A stretch of DNA of 64,000 nt from Minisyncoccota bacterium (GCA_035714785.1 DASTLQ010000011.1:6124-70123), one strand, 5' to 3'. Counted from the first letter of the stretch, positions 29,817-39,871 are shown. The notes: generated by a model not told the origin, from the letters alone. Program-made: numbers and translations.

Positions 29817-31694
29817 ATGAGTAATTTACTAAAATCAAAAGTCCTTCTTGGATTAATGGTTGTAGCAGTTATGGTCGCTGGAGTTTTTGCTTTCACAGCA
29901 AACACTGCAGACGCTCAGGTTGCATGTACAGTCGTTTCTACATTGAGGCAGGGTTCTGTTGGCACAGAAGTAATGTGTCTTCAGACCAAACTTGGAATCA
30001 CTGCTGATGGCAAATTCGGTCCTATGACCGCAGCTGCTGTTAGAGCTTTCCAAACAGCAAACGGTCTATCCGCTGATGGCATTGTAGGTCCTATGACCCG
30101 CTCTGTCCTAGGGGGTGGAGCTGTTGTGACTCCTGGACTTCCAGCTGGTTGTACTTCAACCGCAGGATATAGCCCAGTAACAGGTCAGCCATGTTCAGGT
30201 GGTTCAGGCGTAAATCTTCCAGCAGGTTGTACTTCAACCGTTGGATACAGCCCAACTACCGGAGTAAAGTGTGATGGAACTTCAACCCCACCCGTAACAA
30301 CTACAGGTGAAGGTGTTGTTACATTATCTTACGCTCCCGTTCCAGCCAACAGCACTTCTGTTGACAAAGGACAAAGCAAGAACGTAATGGCATTAGAGGT
30401 GAAGGCTACTGGTTCTGATATGAATGTTAACCGTATTTGGTTGAACATTGGTACACGAGCTTGGTTGTCTGCTAGTGAAGTAGCTATCATGGATGGATCA
30501 ACAGTTATTGCGACTCTTCCACTTTCAGCTTCCACAGTTAGCGAAGTTACAGCAGGTTCTGTATGGCGTCTTGAGTTTAACGGTTTGAACATAAACGTTC
30601 CTGTTAATACTACAAAGACATTGACCTTCAAGGTTACTCGTCCAGAACTTACAAGTGCTAATGACAATATAGTTATTGCTACATCAAGTACCTTAAGAGC
30701 AACTGATGGAGCAGGATTCTCTGAGACTTACACTCTAGGGGGTCGCACATGGGTTATGTCATCTAACACTGCTGCAGTAGGTACATTGACAAACACTCTA
30801 AGCGCAAGCAATCCAAAAGCTCAGTCAAACTCTGGTCTTAGCACTACAGCTGGTAGTTTGACAGCAGTTGAATTACTTCGTTTCGACCTTAAAGCGAAAG
30901 ACGGAGCTGTTAATGTTACTAGAGTTCAAGGTACAGTTGCTGTAGCTAGTGGAACTTGTGCGTTAGCAGAATGTCTTGCTTCCGTAGAACTTCGCGACGG
31001 TTCAACTGTTCTTTCTTCAAAGTCAGCGGCTTCACCGTTTGACTTTAACGAATTGGACATTGATATTGCTGAGGGCGCTACTAAGACTCTATCTGTTTGG
31101 GGTCAGGCTAATCACGTTGCTGCGAGCTTCGTAGTAAAAGGTGATGCCATCGTTGCTGCTGTAACAGCAGTGACTGGTACATCAGGTCCTTCCTTTACAG
31201 CTGCAAACGCTGCAAACACTGTAACTGGAAATAATCAATACCTCTTTGAGTATGCTCCTACAATCACGTTAGGTGCAGCTTCTGCAACGAACTCAGGAGT
31301 AGATAATAGAGATGGCTCGTTCTCACTTGCCTTCAATATTACTGCCCCAGCTGGAAGTGATATATATGTATCCAATACAGCTGTTTCTACTAACGCTGCT
31401 AGCAGGTTCTTTGCTGAAAAGACAGCAGCCATGGGAGGAACATTGGCTGTGTCCCTTTCCGCTACCAACGCTACTGCTGTAGGTGGAGACTTGGCTTATA
31501 GAATTTCCGCTGGACAAACTGCTACGTTTACCGTAACAGGATTGGTACCAGGTGCAACGGGAACAGCTGGCTTTACTGGTATGAAGTTGACTGAATTTGA
31601 TTGGAATACTACTAATGCTACTGCTGGAGACGTAGACCAAACTTGGGGTCTAACAGACTTCAAGACGCCTGCAGTGTTTGTTACAGGCGCTTAG
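29817..31694 (+). CDS. secreted S-layer-like surface protein with N-terminal peptidoglycan-binding domain
   Basis: signal peptide; LRQGSVG.EV..LQ..LGITADGKFGPMTAAAVRAFQ..NGLSADGIVGP; two GCTST.GYSP.TG..C repeats; T/A/G/V-rich body. Confidence 0.8.
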   Translation: MSNLLKSKVLLGLMVVAVMVAGVFAFTANTADAQVACTVVSTLRQGSVGTEVMCLQTKLGITADGKFGPMTAAAVRAFQTANGLSADGIVGPMTRSVLGGGAVVTPGLPAGCTSTAGYSPVTGQPCSGGSGVNLPAGCTSTVGYSPTTGVKCDGTSTPPVTTTGEGVVTLSYAPVPANSTSVDKGQSKNVMALEVKATGSDMNVNRIWLNIGTRAWLSASEVAIMDGSTVIATLPLSASTVSEVTAGSVWRLEFNGLNINVPVNTTKTLTFKVTRPELTSANDNIVIATSSTLRATDGAGFSETYTLGGRTWVMSSNTAAVGTLTNTLSASNPKAQSNSGLSTTAGSLTAVELLRFDLKAKDGAVNVTRVQGTVAVASGTCALAECLASVELRDGSTVLSSKSAASPFDFNELDIDIAEGATKTLSVWGQANHVAASFVVKGDAIVAAVTAVTGTSGPSFTAANAANTVTGNNQYLFEYAPTITLGAASATNSGVDNRDGSFSLAFNITAPAGSDIYVSNTAVSTNAASRFFAEKTAAMGGTLAVSLSATNATAVGGDLAYRISAGQTATFTVTGLVPGATGTAGFTGMKLTEFDWNTTNATAGDVDQTWGLTDFKTPAVFVTGA

Positions 31695-31735
31695 TCTCTT
31701 CTATCTCTCTGGTCAATACACCTTAAAACGTATTA

Positions 31736-31764
31736 CAAAAAACCACCCTATGGGTGGTTTTTTG
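31736..31764 (+). terminator. intrinsic terminator
   Basis: CAAAAAACCACCC-TAT-GGGTGGTTTTTTG. Confidence 0.9.
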
Positions 31765-31931
31765 TTTTGCTGAGATCTCACCAAAAGATATCCACAGTCT
31801 CTATTTTATCTTTATATATTTGTAATTGGTATAATATAAACAGCTTTTAGAGCGTATCGCTTCTGGTCCGAAGTCGCGCTCGTTTAGTGTCTGTTTTCTT
31901 ATTAAAAATAATTATTAGAAATAAAAATAAT

Positions 31932-33944
31932 ATGAGTAAAGTATTTAAAAATGTTTTTCTTTCAGTCGGAATGCTTGCCTTCACATTGGCATTGACTGGA
32001 TTAGTTTCTACCAACACTGCAGAAGCGGCAGAATGTACTATGACCACAGGTACATGGACCGGTGTTGCGGGTGGTGTGAATGACGGTGCTACAAATGGTA
32101 CTTCTGTATTCACTGGATGTACGGGTAATTTGACCCCAGCTGTAGGTGATACTCTTCTTATCCCTGCTAACGTTGTTCTTCAAATTACTGGTGCTGGTAC
32201 AGCAACAGTAGCAGGAGTAACAATTGCTGACCCAGTAGCTACTGGAGCAAACGGTATTACTGTTGACACCGGTAAGACGTTTGCTGTTACTACTAATGTA
32301 ATTTTTGCTGCAAATACCGGAGCTCTTAATCAGACCATAACATTGAGTGGTACTGCGGCTCTTGCAGTTACAGGCGACATTACCATGAACGGTACAAGTA
32401 GTGACGGAAACCAGTCCATTACAGGTGCGGGGGCAGGCGTGGTTAATGCTGCCAATATTACTATTGCGGGTGGCTCTGCCTCGGGCGCAACTTCTATAAC
32501 AACAGCAACTGGAGTAATTCAAGTGAACGGTGCAACTGGTATTACGTTTAGCGGTAATGCGGCTAAAGCCCAAGTGGGTGTTAGTGGAGCAGGATCGCTT
32601 AATTTGGCTGGAACTACTTCAACTTTAGGAACAGGCGGTACAGTTACTCTAGCCGCTGCTTCAACTACTACTTTTTCCGGTTCAGGTAATCAAACTATAA
32701 ATACATATACATATGGAAATTTAACGATTAGTGGAGCAGGTACAAAAAGCATTGTAGCAGCAGGTACGGCTACTGTCGCTGGTGCACTTACTTTAACTCA
32801 CAGCCTTAACGTAGGGACTGGTACTATAGCTGTTACTGGTGCTACTACAATTGCTGATGCCAAGACACTTACAGTAGCTTCTGGTGGTACGGCTACTCTC
32901 GCAGCATTTACTGGTACTCTTACGGGATCTATAACAAACGCTGGTACTGTAACTGCTTCTGGTGCCATCACTCTTGGTGTTGGAGGAACAGTAACTAACA
33001 GTGGCACCTTCACTGCTGCTGGGACCTTTGGTACAGGCGCAGGTATTGTAGTTAATACCGGCACATTAAATTTGGCTGGAGCTGCTGGTAATGCTTTAAA
33101 TATCACGACACTAACTGCAAACACAGCAGGTACTATCAACTACACTCTTGCTGGAGCACAGACAGTCTTTGCTGGTGCTTACTACAATCTTAGTTTGGGT
33201 GGTAGTGGAGCAAAGACAATTGCAACTGGTACATCAGTCGTTAATACACTGTCTATGATTACGGGAGTTTCAGGTACCATTACAACAGGTGGAACTTCAA
33301 CTGCCCATATATTTAGATTTAATGGGTCAGCGCAAGCTACTGGTTCTTGGGGCACAGATACTTCAGCTGCCGCGAACAAAAGCGCTGTCTACTTTACAAC
33401 TGGCGCGAATGGTACGATAACAGTTGCACATAGACCTAGCGCAGGATCAGCTCCTGTTTACACCACGCCATCTACTCCTACAACCACCCCTCCGGTTACA
33501 ACCCCAGAAACCCCAGTCACTCCAGAAACTCCTGCAAATGATTTCGCAGGATGTGGAAACAGGACTACTGGATTTAGCACAAGCACAGGAAAATCTTGTG
33601 TGGGAAATACTGCCGGAGCTTCCGCAAACGATTTCGCTGGATGTGGAAATAGAACAACAGGATTTAGCCCAGCTACCGGTAAGTCTTGTGTAGGAAATAC
33701 TGTTTCTGCTCCACAAGGCAATGCTTATGCCCTCGGTACTGCATTAGTTAAATCAGGATCAAAGGGCGAAGCTTGCAAGGCTTGGCAGATGTTCTTGAAT
33801 GCTAAAGCAAATGCTGGACTTGCTACGGACGGAATGTGTGGACCAATGACCATGGCTAAAGCAAAAGCTTGGCAACAATCTGCAGGCTTGGTAGCTGATG
33901 GACTCTTGGGCGCAATGAGCCGAGCAAAGGCATTGATGCAATAA
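31932..33944 (+). CDS. secreted G/T/A-rich adhesin-like protein with C-terminal peptidoglycan-binding domain
   Basis: signal peptide; beta-helix-like repeats (YGNLTISGAGTK, YYNLSLGGSGAK); PT linker; two FAGCGNRTTGFS..TGKSC repeats; GSKG..WQ..LATDG.CGP.T..WQ..GLVADG. Confidence 0.8.
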   Translation: MSKVFKNVFLSVGMLAFTLALTGLVSTNTAEAAECTMTTGTWTGVAGGVNDGATNGTSVFTGCTGNLTPAVGDTLLIPANVVLQITGAGTATVAGVTIADPVATGANGITVDTGKTFAVTTNVIFAANTGALNQTITLSGTAALAVTGDITMNGTSSDGNQSITGAGAGVVNAANITIAGGSASGATSITTATGVIQVNGATGITFSGNAAKAQVGVSGAGSLNLAGTTSTLGTGGTVTLAAASTTTFSGSGNQTINTYTYGNLTISGAGTKSIVAAGTATVAGALTLTHSLNVGTGTIAVTGATTIADAKTLTVASGGTATLAAFTGTLTGSITNAGTVTASGAITLGVGGTVTNSGTFTAAGTFGTGAGIVVNTGTLNLAGAAGNALNITTLTANTAGTINYTLAGAQTVFAGAYYNLSLGGSGAKTIATGTSVVNTLSMITGVSGTITTGGTSTAHIFRFNGSAQATGSWGTDTSAAANKSAVYFTTGANGTITVAHRPSAGSAPVYTTPSTPTTTPPVTTPETPVTPETPANDFAGCGNRTTGFSTSTGKSCVGNTAGASANDFAGCGNRTTGFSPATGKSCVGNTVSAPQGNAYALGTALVKSGSKGEACKAWQMFLNAKANAGLATDGMCGPMTMAKAKAWQQSAGLVADGLLGAMSRAKALMQ

Positions 33945-33966
33945 AGAGAAGATTTCGATTTGCAAG

Positions 33967-34003
33967 ACCGCTTCCTCTCGCCACTGGCAGGGGAGCGGTT
34001 TTT
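33967..34003 (+). terminator. intrinsic terminator
   Basis: ACCGCTTCCT..AGGGGAGCGGT followed by TTTT. Confidence 0.75.
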
Positions 34004-34105
34004 GCGTTTTGGTATAGAGTTATGCACTTTTATTTTTGAAGAAATATTGCAAAGAGAGTATTATTAATGAAATAGAAATTTTTAAACAAATTAAAGGAGG
34101 CGGTC

Positions 34106-34324
34106 ATGCCTCAGGATCATCGCAGAAACTTTGAAAATGCAACTAGAGAACATCATCAGTGCCAACAGTGTGCAACAAGCATTCCTCGTACAGAGGACTT
34201 AAGTTTTGAAAGTAAAAAAGGGGAATACCAGGATGAAGGATATACTTTGCGTCACTGGATATGCCCGGAATGCAAGAACAGAAATTTGCACGAACGGGTA
34301 CCCGTGCAGGCACATTATAGATAA
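34106..34324 (+). CDS. small putative zinc-ribbon protein
   Basis: CQQC..CPEC; AAGGAGG Shine-Dalgarno upstream; hairpin downstream. Confidence 0.6.
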   Translation: MPQDHRRNFENATREHHQCQQCATSIPRTEDLSFESKKGEYQDEGYTLRHWICPECKNRNLHERVPVQAHYR

Positions 34325-34330
34325 AAATTT

Positions 34331-34361
34331 ATAAAAGCAGACCGAAAATCTGCTTTTTATT
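34331..34361. terminator. hairpin/terminator
   Basis: ATAAAAAGCAGA..TCTGCTTTTTAT. Confidence 0.6.
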
Positions 34362-34399
34362 TTGCATGAACAATTTTCTAGGAGTACAATATCCATAAT

Positions 34400-35980
34400 A
34401 TGAACGAAAACAAAACTGGAAGAAGGATTGCGGGACCGGTGGTGCTCATGGTGCTCGATGGCTGGGGATATAGGGAAGACACGAAAGACAATGCCATTGC
34501 AGGCGCGCGAAAGCCCGTTTTTGATAGGTTATGGAGAGAATATCCTCATGCATTACTGAAGGCTTCCGGAGAGGCTGTGGGGCTTCCTGAGGGGCAAATG
34601 GGAAATAGCGAGGTGGGTCATATGACTATCGGAGCTGGACGGCCAGTGGATACAGATTTAGTGAGGATAGATAAAGCAATCAGCTCAGGAGATTTTGAAA
34701 AAAATCCTACATTTCTTGCGATTTTTGATCATGTAAAAAAGCACGGCTCTGTGCTTCATGTGCAAGGATTGGTTTCTCCAGGGGGAGTGCATAGTCATCA
34801 AAATCATCTTTATGCATTTTTACATTTAGCCAAGAAAAATGCTGTGCCAAAGGTGGCTATTCATGTGTTTACAGATGGGAGGGATACTGCTCCGCAGAGT
34901 GCTTCGGCGTATATGAAAGAGCTTGAGTCCGTGTTAGAGATTCTAAATGCAGACAGTGATCCAAAAAATCCCGCCTTCTTTATCGCCACTATCTCTGGTA
35001 GATATTTTGCAATGGACCGAGATCAAAACTGGGACCGCTTGGCAAAGACTGAGCAGGCTATGTTTGATTGCGAGGGGAATGTGTGTGAAATAAAGCCATC
35101 GGCGTACCTGGAAGAGCAATACCAAAAAGGAAAAAGTGATGAGCTTTTGGAGCCAGCAGTGTGTGCTACTCCACTTGGTCTTGGCTGTGCTATCGAAAAA
35201 AATGACGCAGTATTCTTTTTCAATTTTAGAGCAGACAGAGCGCGAATGCTTTCTGAAAAAATGCTTACTCGGCCAGATTTGCCAAATATTCTTTTTGCAA
35301 CTATGACGGAGTACAGGGCGGACTTTTCTTCACTGATTGCTTTTCCGCCTTTTGAACCTAGAGCAACCCTTGGTGGAGAGATTGCGCGGGCTGACATGAA
35401 GCAGTGTCATGTTGCCGAGACAGAAAAATTTGCTCACGTTACTTACTTTTTTAATTGTGGGAGAGAGACGCCGTATGAGGGTGAGAAAGATATCCTCCTG
35501 AAGAGTAGGACGGATATAAAGACGCATGACGAGGCGCCTGAAATGCAAGCGAAGGGGATTGCGGATGCTGTGATTGCAGAAATTGAAAAAGGAGAATGTG
35601 ATTTTATTCTATTAAATTTTGCTAACGCTGACATGGTGGGGCATACAGCCAACGTACCAGCCACTATTGAGGCGGTAGAGGTGGTAGACAGGGAGCTGGG
35701 GCGAATTATGGAGGCGTTAGAGAAAAAAGGTGGAGTGGCGCTCGTCACGGCCGATCATGGAAATGCGGAAGTAAATGTGGATCCTGCGACTGGAATCAGG
35801 CACACTGCGCACACTACTGCCTTGGTGCCGTTTGTGGTGACGGTTTCGGGGGAAATTGCGCACGTTGGTGGAGTGAAAGGTGATGCTCGAGCGGGCGGAC
35901 TGGCCGACGTTGCGCCTACCGTACTTTCCTTGCTCGGACTAGAAATCCCTAACGAAATGACCGGCCGACCTCTCATCTAG
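34400..35980 (+). CDS. gpmI: 2,3-bisphosphoglycerate-independent phosphoglycerate mutase
   Basis: VLDGWG, GQMGNSEVGH, GRYFAMDRD, AETEKFAHVT, NADMVGH, TADHGNAE. Confidence 0.97.
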   Translation: MNENKTGRRIAGPVVLMVLDGWGYREDTKDNAIAGARKPVFDRLWREYPHALLKASGEAVGLPEGQMGNSEVGHMTIGAGRPVDTDLVRIDKAISSGDFEKNPTFLAIFDHVKKHGSVLHVQGLVSPGGVHSHQNHLYAFLHLAKKNAVPKVAIHVFTDGRDTAPQSASAYMKELESVLEILNADSDPKNPAFFIATISGRYFAMDRDQNWDRLAKTEQAMFDCEGNVCEIKPSAYLEEQYQKGKSDELLEPAVCATPLGLGCAIEKNDAVFFFNFRADRARMLSEKMLTRPDLPNILFATMTEYRADFSSLIAFPPFEPRATLGGEIARADMKQCHVAETEKFAHVTYFFNCGRETPYEGEKDILLKSRTDIKTHDEAPEMQAKGIADAVIAEIEKGECDFILLNFANADMVGHTANVPATIEAVEVVDRELGRIMEALEKKGGVALVTADHGNAEVNVDPATGIRHTAHTTALVPFVVTVSGEIAHVGGVKGDARAGGLADVAPTVLSLLGLEIPNEMTGRPLI

Positions 35981-35981
35981 A

Positions 35982-36051
35982 TGTAAGGGGACCCCTTACA
36001 CCTAAACCTGTGGATAACATGCAAGGGGACCCCTTACATGTTTCCCTTACA
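35982..36051. repeat. family-1 repeat
   Basis: two cores and TGTGGATAA 36009-36017. Confidence 0.95.
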
Positions 36052-36076
36052 TTCGTTTGTTGCTATAATGTAACCA

Positions 36077-38848
36077 ATGGAAGGAACATTTCTCAAAGAA
36101 ATGCCTCAATTTAAAACGCCTGAAGAGGAGTTAGCGTATTTGCGTGCTCACATGGAGAAAAGAGAAAAGGAACTCGCGGACTTGGGGCACATCGAACGGC
36201 CTCGTGAAAAAGCTGCTGAGGAAATTCTTGGAGAGTATAAAAATACTCCATTAAAGGACGCCATGCATCCGGATTCAACCATGAGCGAAAAGGAAGCAAA
36301 AGGAATTGTGCTTGCTCTGAAGTCTGAAGCGCATGATTCAATCATGGAAGAATTGCTCGGCATTGTGATGACTAAGGGCGTGAAGAACGCGCTTTCTGTG
36401 GTGGAAAATATGAACAATCCACACATCTCCGACGATTTTCACAGAATCCTCATTCAGTACCTGCGTGCGCCGGGTGTTCCGTATCCTTTCAAAGAAGGAA
36501 CTGCACTGTATAAATCTTTTCACCTCACTCTTTTTGAAATTACTCTACCGCCTCCGCTCGATGAAGCAGACAAGCAAAAAAGTTTCAAAGAATTCATCGG
36601 TGCCATGGAGCAATTTTATGCCGGCATGCATTCTATTTCCCTAGGCAAAAACAATATCGAGGAAAATTATTTTGCTCTCGAAGTTGCGCTCTCGGCTGGA
36701 AGCGATGAAGTAGTAATCTATGCCGCAATTCCTGATCAGTACATCACACTTTTTGAAAAACAGGTGATGGCTTTTTACAATCAGGCAAAAATGATCGAGG
36801 TAAAAGATGATTTCAATATTTTTAATGAAAAAGGTGCAGCGGTGGGAGCATATGCCATGCTTTCTGAAAAAGCGGTCCTTCCTCTTCGCACTTATGAAAA
36901 TCTCGACCATGATCCAATGAAAAATATTTTAAATGTTTTTTCAAAACTTGATATTCATGGAGAGGGTGCCGCTATCCAGATTGTAATAGCGCCAGCTGGT
37001 GAAAAATTCATTCAAGACTTCAATGCAATTTTAGAAGATGTGAAAGATGGAATGTCTGTCAAACACGCAGCTGACAATTTGTACAAGTTTAATAAGGCTT
37101 TTTTGAACATTTCTAAAGAATTTCTGTTCGGAACAAAAAAGAGCGAAGACAAATCTGACAAAAATATGTCGGGTAGGAGGCCAGTGGACGAAGGGGCCGC
37201 AGAGAAAATTGGTAAAAAACTTTCCAGCAGTATCATGAAAGCAAATATTCGAGTGATCGCATCTGCAGAGACTCATGCTCGTGCGGAAGCTATTCTCGGA
37301 GAAATTGAATCTTCGTTTAATCAGTTTACGGAGCCTGCAAGCAACTCCATAATTTTTGAAAAAGTGACCGGAAGCAAGGTAAAAAACTTTTTCCATGATT
37401 TTTCATATCGTGCTTTTAGTCGAGATTATACTCTGCCACTAAATTTAAAAGAACTTTCTTCTGTTTTCCATTTCCCAATAGGGATTGGAAGTATGCCCCA
37501 GCTCCGAGAAGCAAAGGCGGGAATTGCACCTGCTCCGATTCAGATGGGAGGAGAGGGAATTGTGCTTGGGATAAACAGCTATCGAGGAAAAGATACTCAA
37601 GTCCGGATGACGCGCGAAGATCGCATGCGTCATTTCTATGTGATCGGTCAGACAGGAACAGGAAAGACCAACATCATGCTCAATATGATCACGCAGGATA
37701 TCGTGAACGGCGATGGTTGTTGCTATATAGATCCGCACGGCACCGATATTCAGACTATTCTTTCGCGTATTCCTAAAGAGCGCATTGACGATGTTATATA
37801 TTTTGATCCCGCTTACATTGCTCGTCCGATGGGATTGAATATGCTCGAATACGATGTTCAATATCCTGAACAAAAGACATTCGTAGTGAATGAAATGATG
37901 AATATTTTCAACAAGCTTTTTGATATGAAAGTGGGAGGCGGGGCGATGTTTGAACAATATTTCCGCAATAGCGCCTTTCTAGTGATGGAAGACCCTGAAT
38001 CTGGCTCTACTTTACTTGAAATTACTAGAGTGTTGGCGGATAAAGAATTTCGAGATATGAAACTTGCGAAGTGCAAGAATCCAATCATCAAACAATTTTG
38101 GATTTCGGCTGAGCAGACTACAGGAGAACAATCCTTGGCAAACTTTGTGCCCTACATTTCTTCTAAATTCGACAATTTCATTTCTAACGACATCATGCGA
38201 CCCGTTGTGCTTCAGCAGAAATCCGTTTTTGATTTTAGAAAAATAATGGATGAGAAAAAAATACTGCTGGTGAATCTTTCTAAAGGAAGGCTTGGGGATA
38301 TAAACGCAAACTTGATCGGGCTGGTGCTGGTTGGAAAAATTCAGATGGCAGCACTGTCGCGTGTAGATATGTTTGGAAAGCCTATGAATGATTTCTATCT
38401 GTATATAGACGAGTTCCAAAATGTGACCACAGATTCCATCGCTTCTATTCTTTCTGAAGCTCGAAAATATAGATTGTCTCTAAACATCGCGCACCAATAT
38501 ATTAATCAGCTTGAGGAAAGTATAAAAAATGCAGTGTTTGGAAACGTAGGATCGATGGCAGTATTCCGCGTGGGAACAGAAGACGCAAACTTTTTGGAAC
38601 AGAAATTTAAGCCGGTATTTACGTCGGCGGACATCGCGCGACTCGATAACTACAATGCCTATATGAGTATGCTGGTAAAAGGGGAGCCGGTGAAGCCGTT
38701 TAATATAAAGACTTTGGCGCCTGAAGCGGGGAATCCAAGCATCGTGGATAGCTTGAAAGAACTTTCCTACTTGAAATATGGCCGAGACCGACAAGAAGTG
38801 GAAACCGAAATCATGTCTCGTTACAGCGGCCTCGAAGGCAAGGTGTAA
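36077..38848 (+). CDS. VirD4/TraG-like (type IV coupling protein family) ATPase
   Basis: RMRHFYVIGQTGTGKT Walker A, YIDPHG, YIDEFQN Walker B, SEARKYRL, AHQY. Confidence 0.85.
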   Translation: MEGTFLKEMPQFKTPEEELAYLRAHMEKREKELADLGHIERPREKAAEEILGEYKNTPLKDAMHPDSTMSEKEAKGIVLALKSEAHDSIMEELLGIVMTKGVKNALSVVENMNNPHISDDFHRILIQYLRAPGVPYPFKEGTALYKSFHLTLFEITLPPPLDEADKQKSFKEFIGAMEQFYAGMHSISLGKNNIEENYFALEVALSAGSDEVVIYAAIPDQYITLFEKQVMAFYNQAKMIEVKDDFNIFNEKGAAVGAYAMLSEKAVLPLRTYENLDHDPMKNILNVFSKLDIHGEGAAIQIVIAPAGEKFIQDFNAILEDVKDGMSVKHAADNLYKFNKAFLNISKEFLFGTKKSEDKSDKNMSGRRPVDEGAAEKIGKKLSSSIMKANIRVIASAETHARAEAILGEIESSFNQFTEPASNSIIFEKVTGSKVKNFFHDFSYRAFSRDYTLPLNLKELSSVFHFPIGIGSMPQLREAKAGIAPAPIQMGGEGIVLGINSYRGKDTQVRMTREDRMRHFYVIGQTGTGKTNIMLNMITQDIVNGDGCCYIDPHGTDIQTILSRIPKERIDDVIYFDPAYIARPMGLNMLEYDVQYPEQKTFVVNEMMNIFNKLFDMKVGGGAMFEQYFRNSAFLVMEDPESGSTLLEITRVLADKEFRDMKLAKCKNPIIKQFWISAEQTTGEQSLANFVPYISSKFDNFISNDIMRPVVLQQKSVFDFRKIMDEKKILLVNLSKGRLGDINANLIGLVLVGKIQMAALSRVDMFGKPMNDFYLYIDEFQNVTTDSIASILSEARKYRLSLNIAHQYINQLEESIKNAVFGNVGSMAVFRVGTEDANFLEQKFKPVFTSADIARLDNYNAYMSMLVKGEPVKPFNIKTLAPEAGNPSIVDSLKELSYLKYGRDRQEVETEIMSRYSGLEGKV

Positions 38849-39006
38849 GGGGACCCCTTCAAGGGTCCACCTTCGCCAGAGGCGAAGGCGGACCCTTACC
38901 TGTGGATAACATGCAAGGGGACCCCTTACACTTTATCCACCTGTGGATAACATGCAAGGGGACCCCTTCAAGGGTCCACCTTCACCAGAGGCGAAGGCGG
39001 ACCCTT
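38844..39006. repeat. composite of family-1 (3 cores, 2 perfect boxes) and family-2 palindromes (38861-38897, 38970-39006)
   Basis: AAGGGTCCACCTTCRCC-AGA-GGCGAAGGCGGACCCTT twice, interleaved with family-1 units. Confidence 0.95.
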
Positions 39007-39080
39007 TTGCAAATAAAGGGCTTTCTGGTATACTCATAATATTAAAACCTAATTGGCGTAAGCCATTTTTTTGTATATAT

Positions 39081-39665
39081 ATGAAGCACCCAAAAGAAGA
39101 AAGAACATATGTGATGATTAAGCCCGACGGAGTAAGAAAGGGTTTGACAGGAGAGATTATTCGTCGTTTTGAACAGCGTGATCTAAAGATCGTGGCACTC
39201 GAAATGTTTCAGCCAGTTCATGAGCAGATAGATAATCACTACCCAAAAAATGAAGAATGGATCACTCGCCTTGGAGGCAAGACTCTTAGTACTTATGAAA
39301 AATACGGGTACGACGCTATGGCAGATTTTGGTACAACTGAAGCGGAAAAAATCGGTCCAGAGATCCGAAAGTGGCTTATGGACTATATGGTCAGCGCTCC
39401 TTTGGTAAAAATGGTGGTACAGGGTGTGCATGCAGTGGATGTAGTTCGAAAAATTGCAGGAGACACTATGCCTTACAAAGCAGATATGGGAACAATTCGC
39501 GGAGATTTCTCTATCGATTCTCCTGCGCTTGCAAATAAAGAAAAAAGGGCAGTGATGAATATCGTGCATTGTTCTGAAACTCCTGAAGAAGCTGAACACG
39601 AGATCAAACACTGGTTTGGAAATTCTGTGATTCACGAGTACAAGCGTTTTGGAGTGGATGCATAG
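39081..39665 (+). CDS. ndk: nucleoside diphosphate kinase
   Basis: ERTYVMIKPDGV, GTIRGDF, NIVHCSE; start at ATG 39081. Confidence 0.95.
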   Translation: MKHPKEERTYVMIKPDGVRKGLTGEIIRRFEQRDLKIVALEMFQPVHEQIDNHYPKNEEWITRLGGKTLSTYEKYGYDAMADFGTTEAEKIGPEIRKWLMDYMVSAPLVKMVVQGVHAVDVVRKIAGDTMPYKADMGTIRGDFSIDSPALANKEKRAVMNIVHCSETPEEAEHEIKHWFGNSVIHEYKRFGVDA

Positions 39666-39736
39666 TTTTTATAATTTAAAAACAAAAAAATGATTACGTC
39701 CAGTTGTCAGAAATTGGGTTTGGTCTATACTAAAAG

Positions 39737-39863
39737 TAGGGTTATTTTCAATTATTACCTAGTACACTACCCATAGGGAGCCTCGATCGTTTCGTGCCGT
39801 GGTATGAGATGTCTGGCACCCACCTGTAAAACAGGCTATGGTAATATATTGGAAATAACCCTA
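39737..39863 (+). ncRNA. ssrS: 6S RNA (compact)
   Basis: closing stem TAGGGTTATTTTCAAT..ATTGGAAATAACCCTA; GGGAGC..GGCACCCACCTG..CAGG core as in Bacillus-type 6S; TATACT at 39726 upstream; terminator downstream. Confidence 0.7.
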
Positions 39864-39871
39864 AGAAAACG

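Noticed and set aside
36077-38848. Conjugative element/ICE
   Set aside because: No relaxase, integrase, mating-pair genes or att sites; the neighbours are gpmI and ndk.
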